Of a stretch of DNA of 64,000 bases, positions 62,870 to 64,000 are shown one piece after another (the first letter of the stretch is position 1; every line of letters starts with the position of its first letter). The notes below the pieces were generated by a model, which was given only the letters and a program-made list of their open reading frames with translations, made no database searches and had not been told where the DNA came from. Source of the DNA: Raillietiella orientalis (taxonomy: Eukaryota). The position numbers and the translations under genes are program-made. The stretch spans positions 2,542,001 through 2,606,000 of the forward strand of contig JAYWIR010000029.1 of the NCBI GenBank assembly GCA_036172245.1, written 5' to 3'.

Positions 62870-64000
62870 GTAAGAAGAATCCAGGAGCGACCCTCAAAGT
62901 CTGAGCAAGGTAGCAACGCCCCTGAAAGTTGCAGCACACGGTGCACCCAGGTTGCCAGGCGCAGCGCTCCGTGACTGCAAATTCAGGATCAACAGTGCGC
63001 CGAAAGAGCATCTAAACGCGGCGGCAAAAATTTTTCCCCGTTTCTCCGAAATCTTTCCTAAATTCTTCCTCCTCGGTCCGTCGGCCTTCTTTCCATTGAG
63101 GAAGCACTTCGGCTGGAGGATGACACGGGATGGCGTCGGTCGGGGAATACGGATGTCTTGGGGTCGTAGTAGTTCCTGCCAGAGCTCTTCACGGTTTGCC
63201 CATGACTTGCTGATCTGTACACGGGACTCCAGTGGAGGAGTGAAGGCCAGGGTTGGCTGATTGACCCTTTAAGGAGTTTAAGAGAGCGAGTAGCACACCT
63301 CAATTGGAATGACGAGGGAGTCAACCACGGGAGGCAGGGCGGGTGGCGAAGCCGCGCGGACTTTAACCGAAGCCGTTCTTTGTTCACTCCTCCGTTCCCT
63401 CTTCCAGCGAACACGCTGAAACTGGAGGAGACCTCCCAACTTCACGAAGGCTTTCGACGGTAACAGGGAGGTTTCGGCAAAGCGCGAGGAGCAGCAAAGA
63501 AACAAAAAGCAGAGGCGACAACAGCGGAGGACATGAGTTCTGGTGGCTGCAGGCTGGCGACTGGTAGCGCGTGACCCGAGATCGCAGATCGGAAGGCCGG
63601 TTAGCGTGGTCAGGCGAGCTGAGGGGGAACAGGCGGGAAGGAACAGCAACGCGTGTCGGGCACGCTCGTCTGGGAGTCCGTTCCCGTTTTCCTGCGGGAT
63701 CGTAGGGAACCTAGCGCTGCGGTGCGTTTCCGATGGGCGCTACGAATCCGAGCTACCCTACGCGTTGGGATAGGGATCTTCCCCGGCCCCCCGGCCAGCG
63801 GTGCCGATCAAAATCCCCAACGAGCATAGAAAATCAAGCGTACATCTATTATGTATATTAATGTGCAAATTTATTCACCATGCGTCTTTATTGATATACA
63901 CATTCATAGTGATGTTTTTCACACATATATTTATTAGTAATACATTTATATACTAATATACGTACTTGTTTGTAGATTAATGCATATTATAAAGATCATA

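Noticed and set aside
1..64000. CRISPR arrays, rRNA, intact tRNA genes, prokaryotic operons
   Set aside because: None seen; the sequence is spliceosomal-intron-containing animal DNA.

Overview
Eukaryotic (metazoan, probably arthropod; inferred) genomic DNA with four intron-containing protein genes, all on the + strand and reconstructed by hand from splice signals and protein motifs. They are an activin/TGF-beta type II receptor (punt/ACVR2-like, ~12.4-14.2 kb), an SV2-like MFS transporter with a pentapeptide-repeat luminal loop (~34.8-38.8 kb), a PEAK1/SgK223-like pseudokinase (46.2-49.0 kb) and a kinesin-3 (KIF28-like; 50.8 kb to beyond the window end). The kinesin's first coding intron is a textbook U12-type AT-AC (minor spliceosome) intron. 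Other notable items: a degenerate U6 snRNA copy (~3.0 kb); an out-of-order duplicated SV2 exon that keeps its splice sites and reading frame; very short introns (43-75 nt) with frequent AAG acceptors; several near-perfect hairpins; a strong AT-rich versus GC-rich compositional split; and intergenic tracts with heavily decayed Gypsy and LINE retrotransposon fragments. Most ORFs in the supplied track are spurious products of high GC. All homology calls rest on recalled family motifs, not on database searches.
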